A stretch of 64,000 bases of DNA, from the NCBI GenBank assembly GCA_035414025.1, contig DAONXX010000002.1, positions 23,304-87,303 of the forward strand, read 5' to 3'. The notes under the pieces are model-generated. The model was not told where the DNA came from, made no database searches, and saw nothing but the letters and a program-made list of their open reading frames with translations. Both the position numbers and the translations under genes were made by a program. This document shows, piece by piece, positions 18,083-28,995 of the stretch. Each line of letters begins with the position of its first letter. The stretch's first letter is position 1. This stretch comes from Bacteroidales bacterium (GTDB lineage: Bacteria; Bacteroidota; Bacteroidia; Bacteroidales; VadinHA17).

Positions 18083-18859
18083 ATGATCTCAAATTTAGCT
18101 TATGTTCATCCCGATGCAAGGCTGGAGAATAATGTAACAGTGGAGCCATTCGCCTATATAGGTGATAATGTTGTTATAGGAGAGGGTACCTGGGTAGGCC
18201 CTAATGCAGCAATAATGAGTGGTGCAAGGATAGGAAAAAACTGCAAAATATTTCCGTCGGCTGTAATATCTGCAATACCTCAGGATCTTAAATTCAAAGG
18301 AGAAGATACAACTGCCGAGATCGGAGATGGAACAATTATCAGGGAAGGAGCTACAATTAACCGTGGTACAGCTGCAACAGGGAAGACAGTTGTAGGAAAT
18401 GATTGTCTTCTTATGGCATATTCACATGTCGGTCACGATTGCAGGGTCGGCAATAACTGTATTATGGGCAATAACTCCGGGCTTGCAGGTGAGGTTAAGG
18501 TTGATGACTGGGCTATTCTGAGTGCAGGGACGCTTGTTCATCAGTTTACAAGGATCGGAGGGCATGTAATGATAGGAGGCGGAGCTAAAGTGAGAATTGA
18601 TGTACCCCCTTACATTAAAGCTGACAGGGATCCATTATGCTATCTTGGATTGAATACTGTTGGACTTACAAGAAGAGGTTTTGAAAAAGAAAAGATCGAT
18701 GAGATACATAATATTTACCGGGTCATTTACCAGCGCAATATGAATTTCTCACAAGCCCTTGATTTCATCGGGAAAAATTTCAGGCAAAGTCCTGAAAGGG
18801 ATTATATTGTTGAATTCATAAAAAATTCTGGCAGGGGAGTCATCAGAGGCCCAAGGTAA
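18083..18859 (+). CDS. lpxA: Acyl-ACP--UDP-GlcNAc O-acyltransferase
   Basis: 258 aa. Hexapeptide-repeat N-terminal domain plus a helical C-terminus. Last gene of the lpxD-lpxC/fabZ-lpxA cluster. Confidence 0.9.
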   Translation: MISNLAYVHPDARLENNVTVEPFAYIGDNVVIGEGTWVGPNAAIMSGARIGKNCKIFPSAVISAIPQDLKFKGEDTTAEIGDGTIIREGATINRGTAATGKTVVGNDCLLMAYSHVGHDCRVGNNCIMGNNSGLAGEVKVDDWAILSAGTLVHQFTRIGGHVMIGGGAKVRIDVPPYIKADRDPLCYLGLNTVGLTRRGFEKEKIDEIHNIYRVIYQRNMNFSQALDFIGKNFRQSPERDYIVEFIKNSGRGVIRGPR

Positions 18860-18864
18860 AACAG

Positions 18865-19245
18865 TTATTTAACATTAACTATATCCCTGCCGAAGGGACT
18901 TATTGCCAGGGACGTAAACTTGAAGTGCTGTAATCCAAAGGGTATGCCTATTATTGTCAGGCAAAGGACCAACCCGAAGATAGCATGTGTAATGGCTATC
19001 CATATACCTCCGAAAATCAGCCATATTAAATTTATCAATATGTAAAGACATCCGGATGATCTTGAATGAACTCTTGATTCACGGCCAAAAGGCCAAATTA
19101 CCAGAGACGCCATTTTTAATGTCTGAAGGCCAAAAGGGATGCCGACAATTGAAATAAACAATACCAGGCTTCCAATGAAATATTCGATTGCTATAACAAT
19201 ACCCCCACCAAGAATAAGCCATAAAATATTTCCAAGTACTTTCAT
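18865..19245 (-). CDS. YccF-domain inner membrane protein
   Basis: 126 aa. Internally duplicated hydrophobic module (…IVGIPFGLQTLKMA…WPFGRE… and …IIGIPFGLQHFKFT…SPFGRD…), as in YccF/DUF307. Confidence 0.7.
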   Translation of the reverse strand: MKVLGNILWLILGGGIVIAIEYFIGSLVLFISIVGIPFGLQTLKMASLVIWPFGRESRVHSRSSGCLYILINLIWLIFGGIWIAITHAIFGLVLCLTIIGIPFGLQHFKFTSLAISPFGRDIVNVK

Positions 19246-19251
19246 CGTATT

Positions 19252-20871
19252 TTATTCCAGGATTACGGTTCTTTCTTTAGGATACTTAACGGAATACGTA
19301 AGTATTATTCTTCGGGTTTCCTGGGGTTTGATATCGAGTTCCCATTTAATGAGACCGTTACCTGAGTTTAATTTCCCTCCGGTGAGTTCAGTTGCTTCAA
19401 CAGTTATGCCGCTATTTGAGGAAATGGGTATCTGATCGTATAATGTGATCTTTATCGTTCCGGGTTTGTTGTTCCTTATTGTAGTAAGGAATGAATAAAC
19501 CTCTGTTTTGTTTGAACCAAGTACCCGTTTGCTTGTAAAATCTTTTTGTTTTTCCCTTTTAACAAGAATGCTGTTGTCTGTTCCAAGTGAGATAAGAAGG
19601 GAATCGCTGAGCTGATTTACATTCAGATAGGATTGTCCTACGTAACTGTTCTCAAAATACAGAGTAGCTTCACCGCTCTGAAGGCTTTGCTCCGCCCAGT
19701 TTGTAATTTCTCCTGTCAGATAGGCAAGCGGCGACAATTTTGGAATAGTAATGTATTTATAGTCTGCAGGAGAAGCTGTACGCTGTATTTCAATAGTCTG
19801 GATCTTGCCATCGGAAGCAATTGAGTAAGGAATTTCCACGTCGAAAGTTACAGTAGTTTCCCCGATCTGTTTCCCTACCGTCAGGGGTACAGCTTCAAGT
19901 TTTTTTATTGCTGCATTTTCCTTAGCGTCCATTTCCATAATGACAGTGGCATCACTTTTTCTTACGGAGCCAGCTCCCCTTACAACGATTTCCTGTAGAG
20001 GTGGAGTATAATAATCTATAAACCAGGGGTTCAGTTGCGGAACATCTCCTGCGATCCAGGGGGATGCATTGGAAAAACTTAATTTAACATCTTTCCATTC
20101 GGTCCCCGTACTTTGAAAAACATTAGCCTTGTACAGGATATTGACAGGTAAGCTTATGTCATCAACCCTGATATCATATGAGGGATACCATCCGGCATTG
20201 CTTACAACATAGCTGAAGGAGAATCTTCCTGCCACTGGTTTGGCAGAGCTTACTGATACAGATATCTCTCCAGAAGGCAGTTGCTGCTTTCCGGTTCTGT
20301 CTGAGATCTGTTTCTGAAGCGCTGCTATTTGTTTCTCATAATCTTTCATAAGCCTGTTTTTTTTCAGAACAGTCATAGTTACCTGATCCATATTAGTCGT
20401 ATAGAGATCCATTACACTTTTCAGCTGATCCGTGCTGAACGATGTTTCCTTTGTAACGAGAATTCCCCTGTTTGCCACAAGGAATGCTTCTTTTTCCTTC
20501 AGGACAGTTATAGCAGCTTTTTCATCTTCAATTTTAAGCTGCAATGCTTCAATCTGATTCCGGATTGATTTTATTTCCGGCAGTTCTTCCAGATTCTCAA
20601 GATAATTATTCTGATGGTTAACTGCTATGATAGTAAACTCTCCATAACCTTTCACCTGGATGCTTTGTGCATCAATATACGGCGAAAGGCCACCCAGTTT
20701 GAATATTGTAGTTCCTACGGGGATATCGGCAGAAGTTTCGTGGAATATCTGTGCACGATCAGGGAAGACAGTTACCCTGCCAATAGGGGCTTTGATAGTT
20801 TTATCAGCTCCTGAGCACAACATCATGCCTGCTGTTATATGCAAAATTATTGAAATGAATAACCTGTTCAT
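19252..20871 (-). CDS. DUF4139/DUF4140-type protein (MuiA-like family), secreted
   Basis: N-terminal …VTVFPDRAQIFHE…IFKLGGLSPYIDAQSIQVKG…, then a coiled-coil segment and a beta-rich C-terminal domain, which fits my memory of the DUF4140+DUF4139 architecture. In-frame ATGs at 20928, 20922 and 20871. The 20871 start gives a signal-like MNRLFISIILHITAGMMLCSG. Confidence 0.55.
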   Translation of the reverse strand: MNRLFISIILHITAGMMLCSGADKTIKAPIGRVTVFPDRAQIFHETSADIPVGTTIFKLGGLSPYIDAQSIQVKGYGEFTIIAVNHQNNYLENLEELPEIKSIRNQIEALQLKIEDEKAAITVLKEKEAFLVANRGILVTKETSFSTDQLKSVMDLYTTNMDQVTMTVLKKNRLMKDYEKQIAALQKQISDRTGKQQLPSGEISVSVSSAKPVAGRFSFSYVVSNAGWYPSYDIRVDDISLPVNILYKANVFQSTGTEWKDVKLSFSNASPWIAGDVPQLNPWFIDYYTPPLQEIVVRGAGSVRKSDATVIMEMDAKENAAIKKLEAVPLTVGKQIGETTVTFDVEIPYSIASDGKIQTIEIQRTASPADYKYITIPKLSPLAYLTGEITNWAEQSLQSGEATLYFENSYVGQSYLNVNQLSDSLLISLGTDNSILVKREKQKDFTSKRVLGSNKTEVYSFLTTIRNNKPGTIKITLYDQIPISSNSGITVEATELTGGKLNSGNGLIKWELDIKPQETRRIILTYSVKYPKERTVILE

Positions 20872-21163
20872 AAAAGAGCGTATTAAAATTTGACATAAAG
20901 GTAAAATTTTTATTCGAGGCATTGTCATCGTAATATGACGTAATTGTAATGAACATGGCAGGTGTAAATGATTTAATCAGTATCGGCAACTTGTCAACAT
21001 ATTAGGATTTTATCATTTTACTTTTAAAAATATTATTGCATATTTGCAGAGGTTTTATAAAACCTGTTTCTTTCAGGATTTTAGTCGGATCAGGGTAAAA
21101 TGATTTTGATATTTCAGAGAATCCGGAGGATACATAAAGTTATAATTTATAAAATATAAGATA

Positions 21164-21781
21164 ATGCAAAATAAGCTTCAGGAACTTACAGATAAGATTT
21201 ACCAGGAAGGAATTACAAAGGGAAGGGAGGAATCGGAAAAGATTATTGCCGAAGCCAGAGCCGAGGCTGAAAGGATAATTAAAAAAGCTGAAGATGAAGC
21301 TAAAGAAATACTTTCCAAAACAGAGAAGGAAGCCGAGGAATTGAAGGAGAATACTCAATCGGAACTAAGAATAGCTTTCAGGAATGCTCTGAATTCATTA
21401 AGGCAGGATGTCGAAAGTATGATCACTGCGAAAATTATTGATGAGCCTGTTTCTGAAATGATGTCCGATAATTCATTTGTTGCCCGGCTGATAGAAATAG
21501 CCACAGATAAAATGTTTTTGAATGATGATATAGGCGGAGGTAGCATTATGGTGCCTTCGGAGATGGCTGGTGAAATAGAAAAAATTCTTAGTAACAAGGC
21601 TGCAAAAGCATTGTCATCAGGTGTTGTTGTGTGTCCTGTAAAGTCAATGGAAAAGGGTTTTGAGATCATTCCACAGGAGGGGTCTTATAAAATAAGGGTA
21701 ACTGAGTCCGATTTTAAAAATTATATAAAGGAATTTCTCAGATCAAAACTTGTAAGTTTATTGTTTGAACAGGAGAATTAA
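21164..21781 (+). CDS. ntpE: V-type ATPase subunit E (peripheral stalk)
   Basis: 205 aa. Highly charged coiled-coil N-terminus (…EGITKGREESEKIIAEARAEAERIIKKAEDEAKE…). First gene of the V-ATPase operon. Confidence 0.75.
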   Translation: MQNKLQELTDKIYQEGITKGREESEKIIAEARAEAERIIKKAEDEAKEILSKTEKEAEELKENTQSELRIAFRNALNSLRQDVESMITAKIIDEPVSEMMSDNSFVARLIEIATDKMFLNDDIGGGSIMVPSEMAGEIEKILSNKAAKALSSGVVVCPVKSMEKGFEIIPQEGSYKIRVTESDFKNYIKEFLRSKLVSLLFEQEN

Positions 21782-22629
21782 TGCTTCAGAGACAATATTT
21801 CTATTTTGTTGCCGGATTAGCAGATCTTCTGTTTGACAGTGGTAAAAGCTTTGCCGGGATGCTTGAATTCAGGGAAGAATTGAAGAAGAATCTTCATCCC
21901 CGGGATTTTCATCTTGTATCTCTTTTATTTCTTCCATACGACAACAGGAACCTTATTAATTTTCTGGAGGGTAACGGTGATGCCTGGGATCAGCTTGGAA
22001 ATTTTTCGAAAGAGGATTTTGAGGAGCAGTTGAGGATCATAAGGGCCATTCTGAAGGAAGAAGACATTCTTCCTGATTATATTGTAAGAATAATGCGTGA
22101 ATGGACCGGCCTGGAAGAGGGAATGAAAGTCGCGAATATCAAAAAGAGGCTTTCAGAAGGTTACATAAATACTGTTGAGGGATCGGGGAACAAATTCCTT
22201 AAAAGATGGATCAGATTTGAAAAAGATCTCAACAATATTTTCATTTTCCTGAATGCAAAATCCCTGGAAATAGATCCTTCTGATCACATGGCAGGGGATG
22301 ACCCTTTTACCCGTGAACTGCTTGATCTGTTCAGGTCGGGGAAAGATTTTTCTGTTTCTTTTGTGGAGGATTATGTTTCGGACATTTTTAAGATTGCAAC
22401 AGAGAGTGAATTTCTTGAAAGGGAAAGGAAAATAGATCTTCTTAAGTGGAATTTTATTGATACAATAACATTTTTTGAGTATTTCAATATTGATCTGATC
22501 TTAGCTTACCTTGTAAAATACTCGATTGTTTTAAGATGGGATCGCCTGAATCCTGAAACAGGCAGGGAAATGCTCCAAAAATTCATTACTGAGACGGAGG
22601 CCTCAATATCAAGTGGAGCCTCACGTTAA
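21781..22629 (+). CDS. Uncharacterised V-ATPase-operon protein (DUF2764-like; possible C/d-subunit analogue)
   Basis: 282 aa. The start overlaps the subunit E stop by 1 nt. Lies between the E and A subunit genes. No canonical motif seen. The DUF2764 assignment is from memory of Bacteroidota V-ATPase operons. Confidence 0.55.
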   Translation: MLQRQYFYFVAGLADLLFDSGKSFAGMLEFREELKKNLHPRDFHLVSLLFLPYDNRNLINFLEGNGDAWDQLGNFSKEDFEEQLRIIRAILKEEDILPDYIVRIMREWTGLEEGMKVANIKKRLSEGYINTVEGSGNKFLKRWIRFEKDLNNIFIFLNAKSLEIDPSDHMAGDDPFTRELLDLFRSGKDFSVSFVEDYVSDIFKIATESEFLERERKIDLLKWNFIDTITFFEYFNIDLILAYLVKYSIVLRWDRLNPETGREMLQKFITETEASISSGASR

Positions 22630-22681
22630 GAGTTTTGATAAGAGACTGATATGAAATTTTTGAAATGAAAATAATCATTAT

Positions 22682-24439
22682 ATGCCGACAAAAGGAAAAG
22701 TAAAAGGGATAATATCAAACCTTGTCATTGTTGAAGTTGATGGTCCGGTAGCACAGAATGAGATCTGCATGATTTCAATGGATGGTATTGAACTTATGGC
22801 TGAGGTTATAAAAGTTACTAATAACCAGGCTTTTGTTCAGGTTTTTGAAAGTACGCGCGGTCTTAAGGTGGGAGTGGAAGCGGTGTTTACCGGTAGCATG
22901 CTTGAAGCAACTCTTGGCCCTGGGATATTATCAAAGAATTATGATGGTCTGCAGAACGATCTTGATAAGTTTGAAGGTGTTTTTCTCAAAAAGGGAGAGC
23001 ACAGTTATCCGCTTGATAAAGATTCCGTATGGAAATTCAAGCCTCTTACTGTTACCGGAACTGAGGTTGTAGCCGGCTCATGGCTTGGAGAGGTGACTGA
23101 AAACTGGATACCTCATAAAATAATGGTACCGTTTAAAACAGAAGGTGTTATGAGTGTAAAATGGATAGCTCCTTCGGATGATTATAAGATCACGGATACA
23201 ATAGCTGTCCTTGAAGACAAAAAAGGCAATGAGCATCAGATTACTATGGTCCAGAAATGGCCGGTAAAGATTCCTGTAAGGGCATATAAAAACAAGACAA
23301 GGCCTTTCAGGATAATGGAAACCGGAATAAGGGTAATTGACACACTTAATCCTATGGCTGAAGGCGGTACCGGATTTATCCCCGGACCATTCGGATGCGG
23401 TAAAACTGTTCTTCAACATGCGCTGTCAAGGCAGGCAGAAGCTGATATGGTTGTAATAGCAGCCTGCGGTGAAAGGGCAAACGAGGTTGTTGAGATATTC
23501 ACTGAATTTCCTGAGCTTATTGATGCCAGAACAGGTAGAAAACTGATTGAACGGACAACGATAATTGCAAATACTTCGAATATGCCTGTTGCTGCCAGGG
23601 AGGCATCTGTCTACACTGCAATGACAATCGCCGAATATTACCGTTCGATGGGTCTTAAGATCCTTTTGCTTGCAGACTCCACTTCAAGATGGGCCCAGGC
23701 TCTGCGTGAAATGTCAAACAGAATGGAAGAACTTCCCGGTCCGGATGCATTTCCAATGGATTTGCCCGCTATAATATCCAACTATTACGCAAGGGCCGGC
23801 TTCGTTGAACTAAATAATGGGAAGACAGGTTCAATAACATTCATTGGAACTGTTTCCCCGGCTGGCGGTAACCTTAAGGAACCTGTAACGGAATCAACAA
23901 AAAAAGCTGCAAGATGCTTTTATGCTCTTTCCCAGCAGCGATCAGATTCAAAACGCTATCCGGCTATCGATCCGATTGACAGCTACTCTAAATACCTTGA
24001 GTATGACGAAGTCAAAGATTACATTTCGACGAATATATCGGACGACTGGATTGAAAATGTTGAGAAAGTGAAAGACGTCCTGCTTAAGGGCCGTGAAGCA
24101 CAGGAACAGATTAATATTCTTGGTGATGACGGAGTCCCTGTTGACTACCATGTAAGATTCTGGAAATCTGAGGTAGTTGATTTCATAATTCTTCAGCAGG
24201 ATGCGTTTGATAAGGTTGACAGACTTACGCCAATTGAACGGCAGAAATTCATGCTTAATATAATACTTGAGATCATAGATGCAGATATGAGGTTTGAAGG
24301 TTTTGAAGAAGTGGGAACGTGGTTCAAAAAGCTTATAAATGCACTTAAGCAGATGAACTACTCATCATTTGGTTCAGGTGAATTTAATAATTATCAGAAG
24401 GAAGTAGATCAGATGTTAACAGAAGTAGCAAAATCATGA
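22682..24439 (+). CDS. ntpA: V-type ATPase catalytic subunit A
   Basis: 585 aa. Walker A GPFGCGKTV. Typical A-subunit non-homologous insert. The ATGA overlap with the next gene indicates translational coupling. Confidence 0.95.
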   Translation: MPTKGKVKGIISNLVIVEVDGPVAQNEICMISMDGIELMAEVIKVTNNQAFVQVFESTRGLKVGVEAVFTGSMLEATLGPGILSKNYDGLQNDLDKFEGVFLKKGEHSYPLDKDSVWKFKPLTVTGTEVVAGSWLGEVTENWIPHKIMVPFKTEGVMSVKWIAPSDDYKITDTIAVLEDKKGNEHQITMVQKWPVKIPVRAYKNKTRPFRIMETGIRVIDTLNPMAEGGTGFIPGPFGCGKTVLQHALSRQAEADMVVIAACGERANEVVEIFTEFPELIDARTGRKLIERTTIIANTSNMPVAAREASVYTAMTIAEYYRSMGLKILLLADSTSRWAQALREMSNRMEELPGPDAFPMDLPAIISNYYARAGFVELNNGKTGSITFIGTVSPAGGNLKEPVTESTKKAARCFYALSQQRSDSKRYPAIDPIDSYSKYLEYDEVKDYISTNISDDWIENVEKVKDVLLKGREAQEQINILGDDGVPVDYHVRFWKSEVVDFIILQQDAFDKVDRLTPIERQKFMLNIILEIIDADMRFEGFEEVGTWFKKLINALKQMNYSSFGSGEFNNYQKEVDQMLTEVAKS

Positions 24440-25764
24440 TAGCAAAGACAGCATTTCAGAAGATATATACAAAGCTTACAAGAATAACAAAAGCCACCTG
24501 CTCTGTGCGGGCATCGGGTGTCGGGAACGAGGAGCTTGCTGTTGTTCATGGTCGCCTGGCCCAGGTTGTCAAGATAATAGGCGATGAAGTTACTCTTCAG
24601 ATTTTCTCAGGGACGGAAGGATTGCCTACTGATGCCGAACTGATATTCCTTGGGAAACCGCCTGTACTTAAGGTTGGTGATGATCTGGCAGGAAGATTTC
24701 TTAACGCTTATGGTGAACCTATTGACGGGGGGCCGGCATTGCTTGGAAAAGAACTTGAGATCGGCGGTCCTTCGGTTAATCCGGTAAGAAGGAAACAACC
24801 GTCACAGCTCATAGCAACAGGTATTGCCGGTATAGATTTAAATAATACCCTGGTGACAGGTCAGAAGATACCATTCTTTGCTGATCCAGACCAGCCTTTC
24901 AACCAGGTGATGGCTACTGTTGCTCTCAGGGCCCAGGCAGACAAGATCATCCTTGGTGGCATGGGACTTTCAAATGATGATTATCTCTACTATAGGAATG
25001 TATTTGAAAATGCCGGAGCTCTGGAAAGGATCATAGCATTTATAAATACTACAGAAAATCCTCCTGTGGAAAGGCTGCTTGTACCGGATATGGTACTTGC
25101 GGCTGCTGAATATTTTGCAGTTGAAAAAAAGGAAAAAGTGCTTGTCCTGCTAACAGATATGACATTGTTTGCAGATGCATTGGCTATAGTCTCCAACAGG
25201 ATGGACCAGATACCATCAAAGGACAATATGCCGGGATCCCTTTATAGTGATCTTGCCAGGATATATGAAAAAGCAGTACAGTTCCCTGACGGCGGTTCAA
25301 TAACAATTATAGCCGTCACAACACTCTCCGGAGGTGATATAACACATGCAATTCCTGATAATACAGGTTATATAACGGAGGGACAGCTATTTCTTAGACG
25401 TGATGCTGAGATCGGGAAAGTAATTATTGATCCCTTCAGGTCTCTTTCAAGACTGAAACAGCTTGTGATTGGCAAGCAGACAAGGGAAGACCATTCGCAG
25501 GTTATGAACAGTGCAATAAGACTGTATGCTGATGCGGCAAATGCAAGGACCAAACATGAAAACGGTTTTGACCTGACAGAATACGATACAAGGACCTTGA
25601 ATTTTGCCAGGGAATACTCAGAGGAGCTTCTGGCAATAGACATCAATATTGATATAGATTCAATGCTTGATACCGGCTGGAAATTGTTTGCAAAATATTT
25701 TAACCCGGCAGAAATAGGTATAAGACAGGAATTTGTGGATAAATATTGGCCGGGTGATAATTAG
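24436..25764 (+). CDS. ntpB: V-type ATPase subunit B
   Basis: 442 aa. Homologous to the alpha/beta ATPase fold but lacks a canonical P-loop. Follows subunit A. Confidence 0.9.
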   Translation: MIAKTAFQKIYTKLTRITKATCSVRASGVGNEELAVVHGRLAQVVKIIGDEVTLQIFSGTEGLPTDAELIFLGKPPVLKVGDDLAGRFLNAYGEPIDGGPALLGKELEIGGPSVNPVRRKQPSQLIATGIAGIDLNNTLVTGQKIPFFADPDQPFNQVMATVALRAQADKIILGGMGLSNDDYLYYRNVFENAGALERIIAFINTTENPPVERLLVPDMVLAAAEYFAVEKKEKVLVLLTDMTLFADALAIVSNRMDQIPSKDNMPGSLYSDLARIYEKAVQFPDGGSITIIAVTTLSGGDITHAIPDNTGYITEGQLFLRRDAEIGKVIIDPFRSLSRLKQLVIGKQTREDHSQVMNSAIRLYADAANARTKHENGFDLTEYDTRTLNFAREYSEELLAIDINIDIDSMLDTGWKLFAKYFNPAEIGIRQEFVDKYWPGDN

Positions 25765-25778
25765 ATGATTTACTTATA

Positions 25779-26396
25779 ATGGCAGTCGTCAGATTTCAAT
25801 ATAATAAAATATCACTTCAGGCTCTTGAAAAACAGCTTAAAATCAGGATGCAGGCTCTGCCTATCCTGAAGAACAAGGAATCAGCCCTGAGAATAGAGGT
25901 GAAAAACGCCAAAAATATTGCTGACCAATATATGAGTGAACTTAAAGCAATTCAGCAGCGTTACGATGAAGGAGTGAGGCTATGGGCTGAGTTTGATTCT
26001 TCTCTCCTGAAGATCAGGGATGTTGATATTAAAATTATAAAAATTGCCGGGATAAAAATCGAGGAGTTTGAAAGCATATCGTTTACCATAGCGGATTTTA
26101 GTCTTTTTGATAATCCTCACTGGTTCCCGGAAGGGATAGTGATTCTGAAAGACCTCTATACTACTCTTGTTAAAAAAGATCTTGCTCTCAAAAAAATGGA
26201 TATGCTCAATTATGCAAGAAAGAAGACAACCCAGAAGGTTAATCTTTATGAAAAGGTGCAAATCCCTGCTTTTGAGGAAGCAATGAGACGCATAAAGAGT
26301 TTTCTTGAGGACGAGGAAAACCTTCTTAAGTCGGCTCAGAAAATAATTAAATCAAGACAGGAAGAAATGCCCGCAGAGATTGAGGAAGTATTATGA
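25779..26396 (+). CDS. ntpD: V-type ATPase subunit D (central stalk)
   Basis: 205 aa coiled-coil protein (…LEKQLKIRMQALPILKNKESALR…) after A and B. Confidence 0.8.
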   Translation: MAVVRFQYNKISLQALEKQLKIRMQALPILKNKESALRIEVKNAKNIADQYMSELKAIQQRYDEGVRLWAEFDSSLLKIRDVDIKIIKIAGIKIEEFESISFTIADFSLFDNPHWFPEGIVILKDLYTTLVKKDLALKKMDMLNYARKKTTQKVNLYEKVQIPAFEEAMRRIKSFLEDEENLLKSAQKIIKSRQEEMPAEIEEVL

Positions 26397-28390
26397 TAGC
26401 GGATATTAAAAAATATACATTTCTGGTTCATCACAGTGACTACAGTGCTTTTCTGAACTCACTCCGGGATATTGGCGTTGTGCATATTACGGAAAAAAGA
26501 AAACTCGATGACACTTCCGTAATCGGAGACGAACTGAAGTCCCTGAAAAAGTACAAGGATGCAATACGGCGCCTTAAGATTCTTGTACCCGATGCAGTTC
26601 CGGAAGGAGATCCGGTTGAATCTGACTCAGTTCTGAGTGAGTTTGAATCCTTGCTTGCTGAAATGGAAGAAGCGGGCAATCAACTTGAGAGACTGAAAAC
26701 GGAAGCTGAAAAATCAAGACCATGGGGTATCTTTAATGTAAAAGATATAAATAGAATAAAAGATTCCGGCTGGAATATTTCCCTGTTTACATGCTCCGAG
26801 AAAAGATTTAATCCGGAATGGAAGGATAAGTATAGCATTGAAATAATTAACAGAATAAATGGCAGACTGTATTTTGCACTTGTACATAAAGAAGAGGATA
26901 GGATAGATATTGATGCAGAGCAGGTGCTAATACCGGAAAGGGCAATCAATACAGTTGAAAAGGAGCAGGAACTGATAAGGCAGAAGATTGATAATGCAAG
27001 ATCAACAATAACAGGGAATGCTTCACTCTGGATTAAGTCGCTTAATAAGGGGACCGATGATCTGATAAACCGGATAGAGTACTACAGTACTGCTGAACAG
27101 GCGGACAGATATGCTGATAATAACCTTTATGTCCTTGAAGGATGGGTACCTGTCTCAGATGAAAGTAAATTGCAGGACCTGCTGCAGAAGAGCGATTGTT
27201 TTGCTTTCACATCTGAACCGGGTCCCGATGAAAAAGTACCGGTAATATTAAAGAACAGCCGCTTTGCTTCATTGTTCGAGGTGATCACCAGGCTCTTCTC
27301 GTTGCCCTATTATAAAGAATTGGATCTGACACCTTTCTTTGCTCCTTTCTTTATGCTTTTTTTCGGCTTCTGCTTCGGAGATGCTGGTTACGGACTTCTA
27401 TTCCTTGTCGCAGGGTTCTTTATTAAAAAGAAAGTAAAGAAGGAATACAGGCAAATAGTTACATTGGCTCAGTATTTCGGTGCCGCTGCAATAATTATGG
27501 GACTTGTATCGGGAACCTTTTTTGGAATCAATCTCATCGATAGCGGATATACACTTACCGAAGATTCAATTGTAAAGATGAGGGATGCCGGATTGCCGGA
27601 AAATACCATTGCCGGGCTGGATCAGTTAAAGGGGCAGAGTTTTAAATCAAGACAGGAATTTTCTGATGAGATTGTCGACATTATCGGAAAGGAAAATTTT
27701 TTAAGGAATAAAGCAACAATACTCAGGAATGCAAAATCAGATCTGCCTTTTATTTCTTCAATCAGGCATCTGATGCTGGATTCCCAGAGCATGTTCTATC
27801 TGGCTCTTATAGTGGGAGCATTTCAGATAATATTCGGAATGATACTTAAGATTTTCAATATTGCAAGACAGGAAGGATTCAAACACAGCCTCTCAACAAT
27901 TGGATGGGTTTTGCTGATATTGACCCTGATAATATTCAAAGGAGGAGGAAGCCTTGGTATAGTAAATGAGCAGAAAGTGCATTTTCTCTTCCTGGCACTT
28001 GTGTCAATATCAGGAATTCTTATCTTTCTTTTCAATAATCCTGATAAGAAAATCTATGTCAGGTTAGGGCTCGGGTTATGGGATTGCTATGGAATGGTAA
28101 CGGGATTATTCGGAGATATTTTGTCGTATATCAGGCTTTTTGCACTTGGCGTTTCATCTTCAATCCTCGGATTTGTGTTTAACGATATTGCCCTGAGGTT
28201 CCTGTCAGTTGATTATATCGGATGGCTGTTATGCCTTATTCTACTTGTAGTGTGCCACACAATAAATATTGCATTAGCAACACTGAGTAGCTTCGTTCAC
28301 CCAATGAGGCTTACATTTGTTGAATTTTATAAGAGTGCCGGATTTACCGGGGGAGGAATTGAATATAAACCATTTAAAATAAAACAATAG
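26393..28390 (+). CDS. ntpI: V-type ATPase subunit I (a-subunit, membrane stator)
   Basis: 665 aa. Soluble coiled N-terminal half plus a multi-helix membrane C-terminal half containing a conserved Arg context (…LSYIRLFALG…). Confidence 0.85.
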   Translation: MIADIKKYTFLVHHSDYSAFLNSLRDIGVVHITEKRKLDDTSVIGDELKSLKKYKDAIRRLKILVPDAVPEGDPVESDSVLSEFESLLAEMEEAGNQLERLKTEAEKSRPWGIFNVKDINRIKDSGWNISLFTCSEKRFNPEWKDKYSIEIINRINGRLYFALVHKEEDRIDIDAEQVLIPERAINTVEKEQELIRQKIDNARSTITGNASLWIKSLNKGTDDLINRIEYYSTAEQADRYADNNLYVLEGWVPVSDESKLQDLLQKSDCFAFTSEPGPDEKVPVILKNSRFASLFEVITRLFSLPYYKELDLTPFFAPFFMLFFGFCFGDAGYGLLFLVAGFFIKKKVKKEYRQIVTLAQYFGAAAIIMGLVSGTFFGINLIDSGYTLTEDSIVKMRDAGLPENTIAGLDQLKGQSFKSRQEFSDEIVDIIGKENFLRNKATILRNAKSDLPFISSIRHLMLDSQSMFYLALIVGAFQIIFGMILKIFNIARQEGFKHSLSTIGWVLLILTLIIFKGGGSLGIVNEQKVHFLFLALVSISGILIFLFNNPDKKIYVRLGLGLWDCYGMVTGLFGDILSYIRLFALGVSSSILGFVFNDIALRFLSVDYIGWLLCLILLVVCHTINIALATLSSFVHPMRLTFVEFYKSAGFTGGGIEYKPFKIKQ

Positions 28391-28410
28391 AAACTTAAAC
28401 AGTAAAATAA

Positions 28411-28896
<486 letters not shown>

Positions 28897-28995
28897 TTAA
28901 AGAGTTTGCAGGATCTGTGCAGTCGTATTTATGACTGGCTCTTGCATCATTTTTATCTGTTTAAGAGTCGCAGATATTTATATGCTCACGTAATG

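Noticed and set aside
20357-20364. A homopolymeric T8/A8 tract inside the DUF4139-like CDS as a phase-variation switch.
   Set aside because: Equal-length A8 tracts occur inside sufB (29461..29468) and ntpK, which are very unlikely to be phase-variable. In this AT-rich genome, 8-mers of A/T are ordinary Lys-Lys-Asn type coding sequence.
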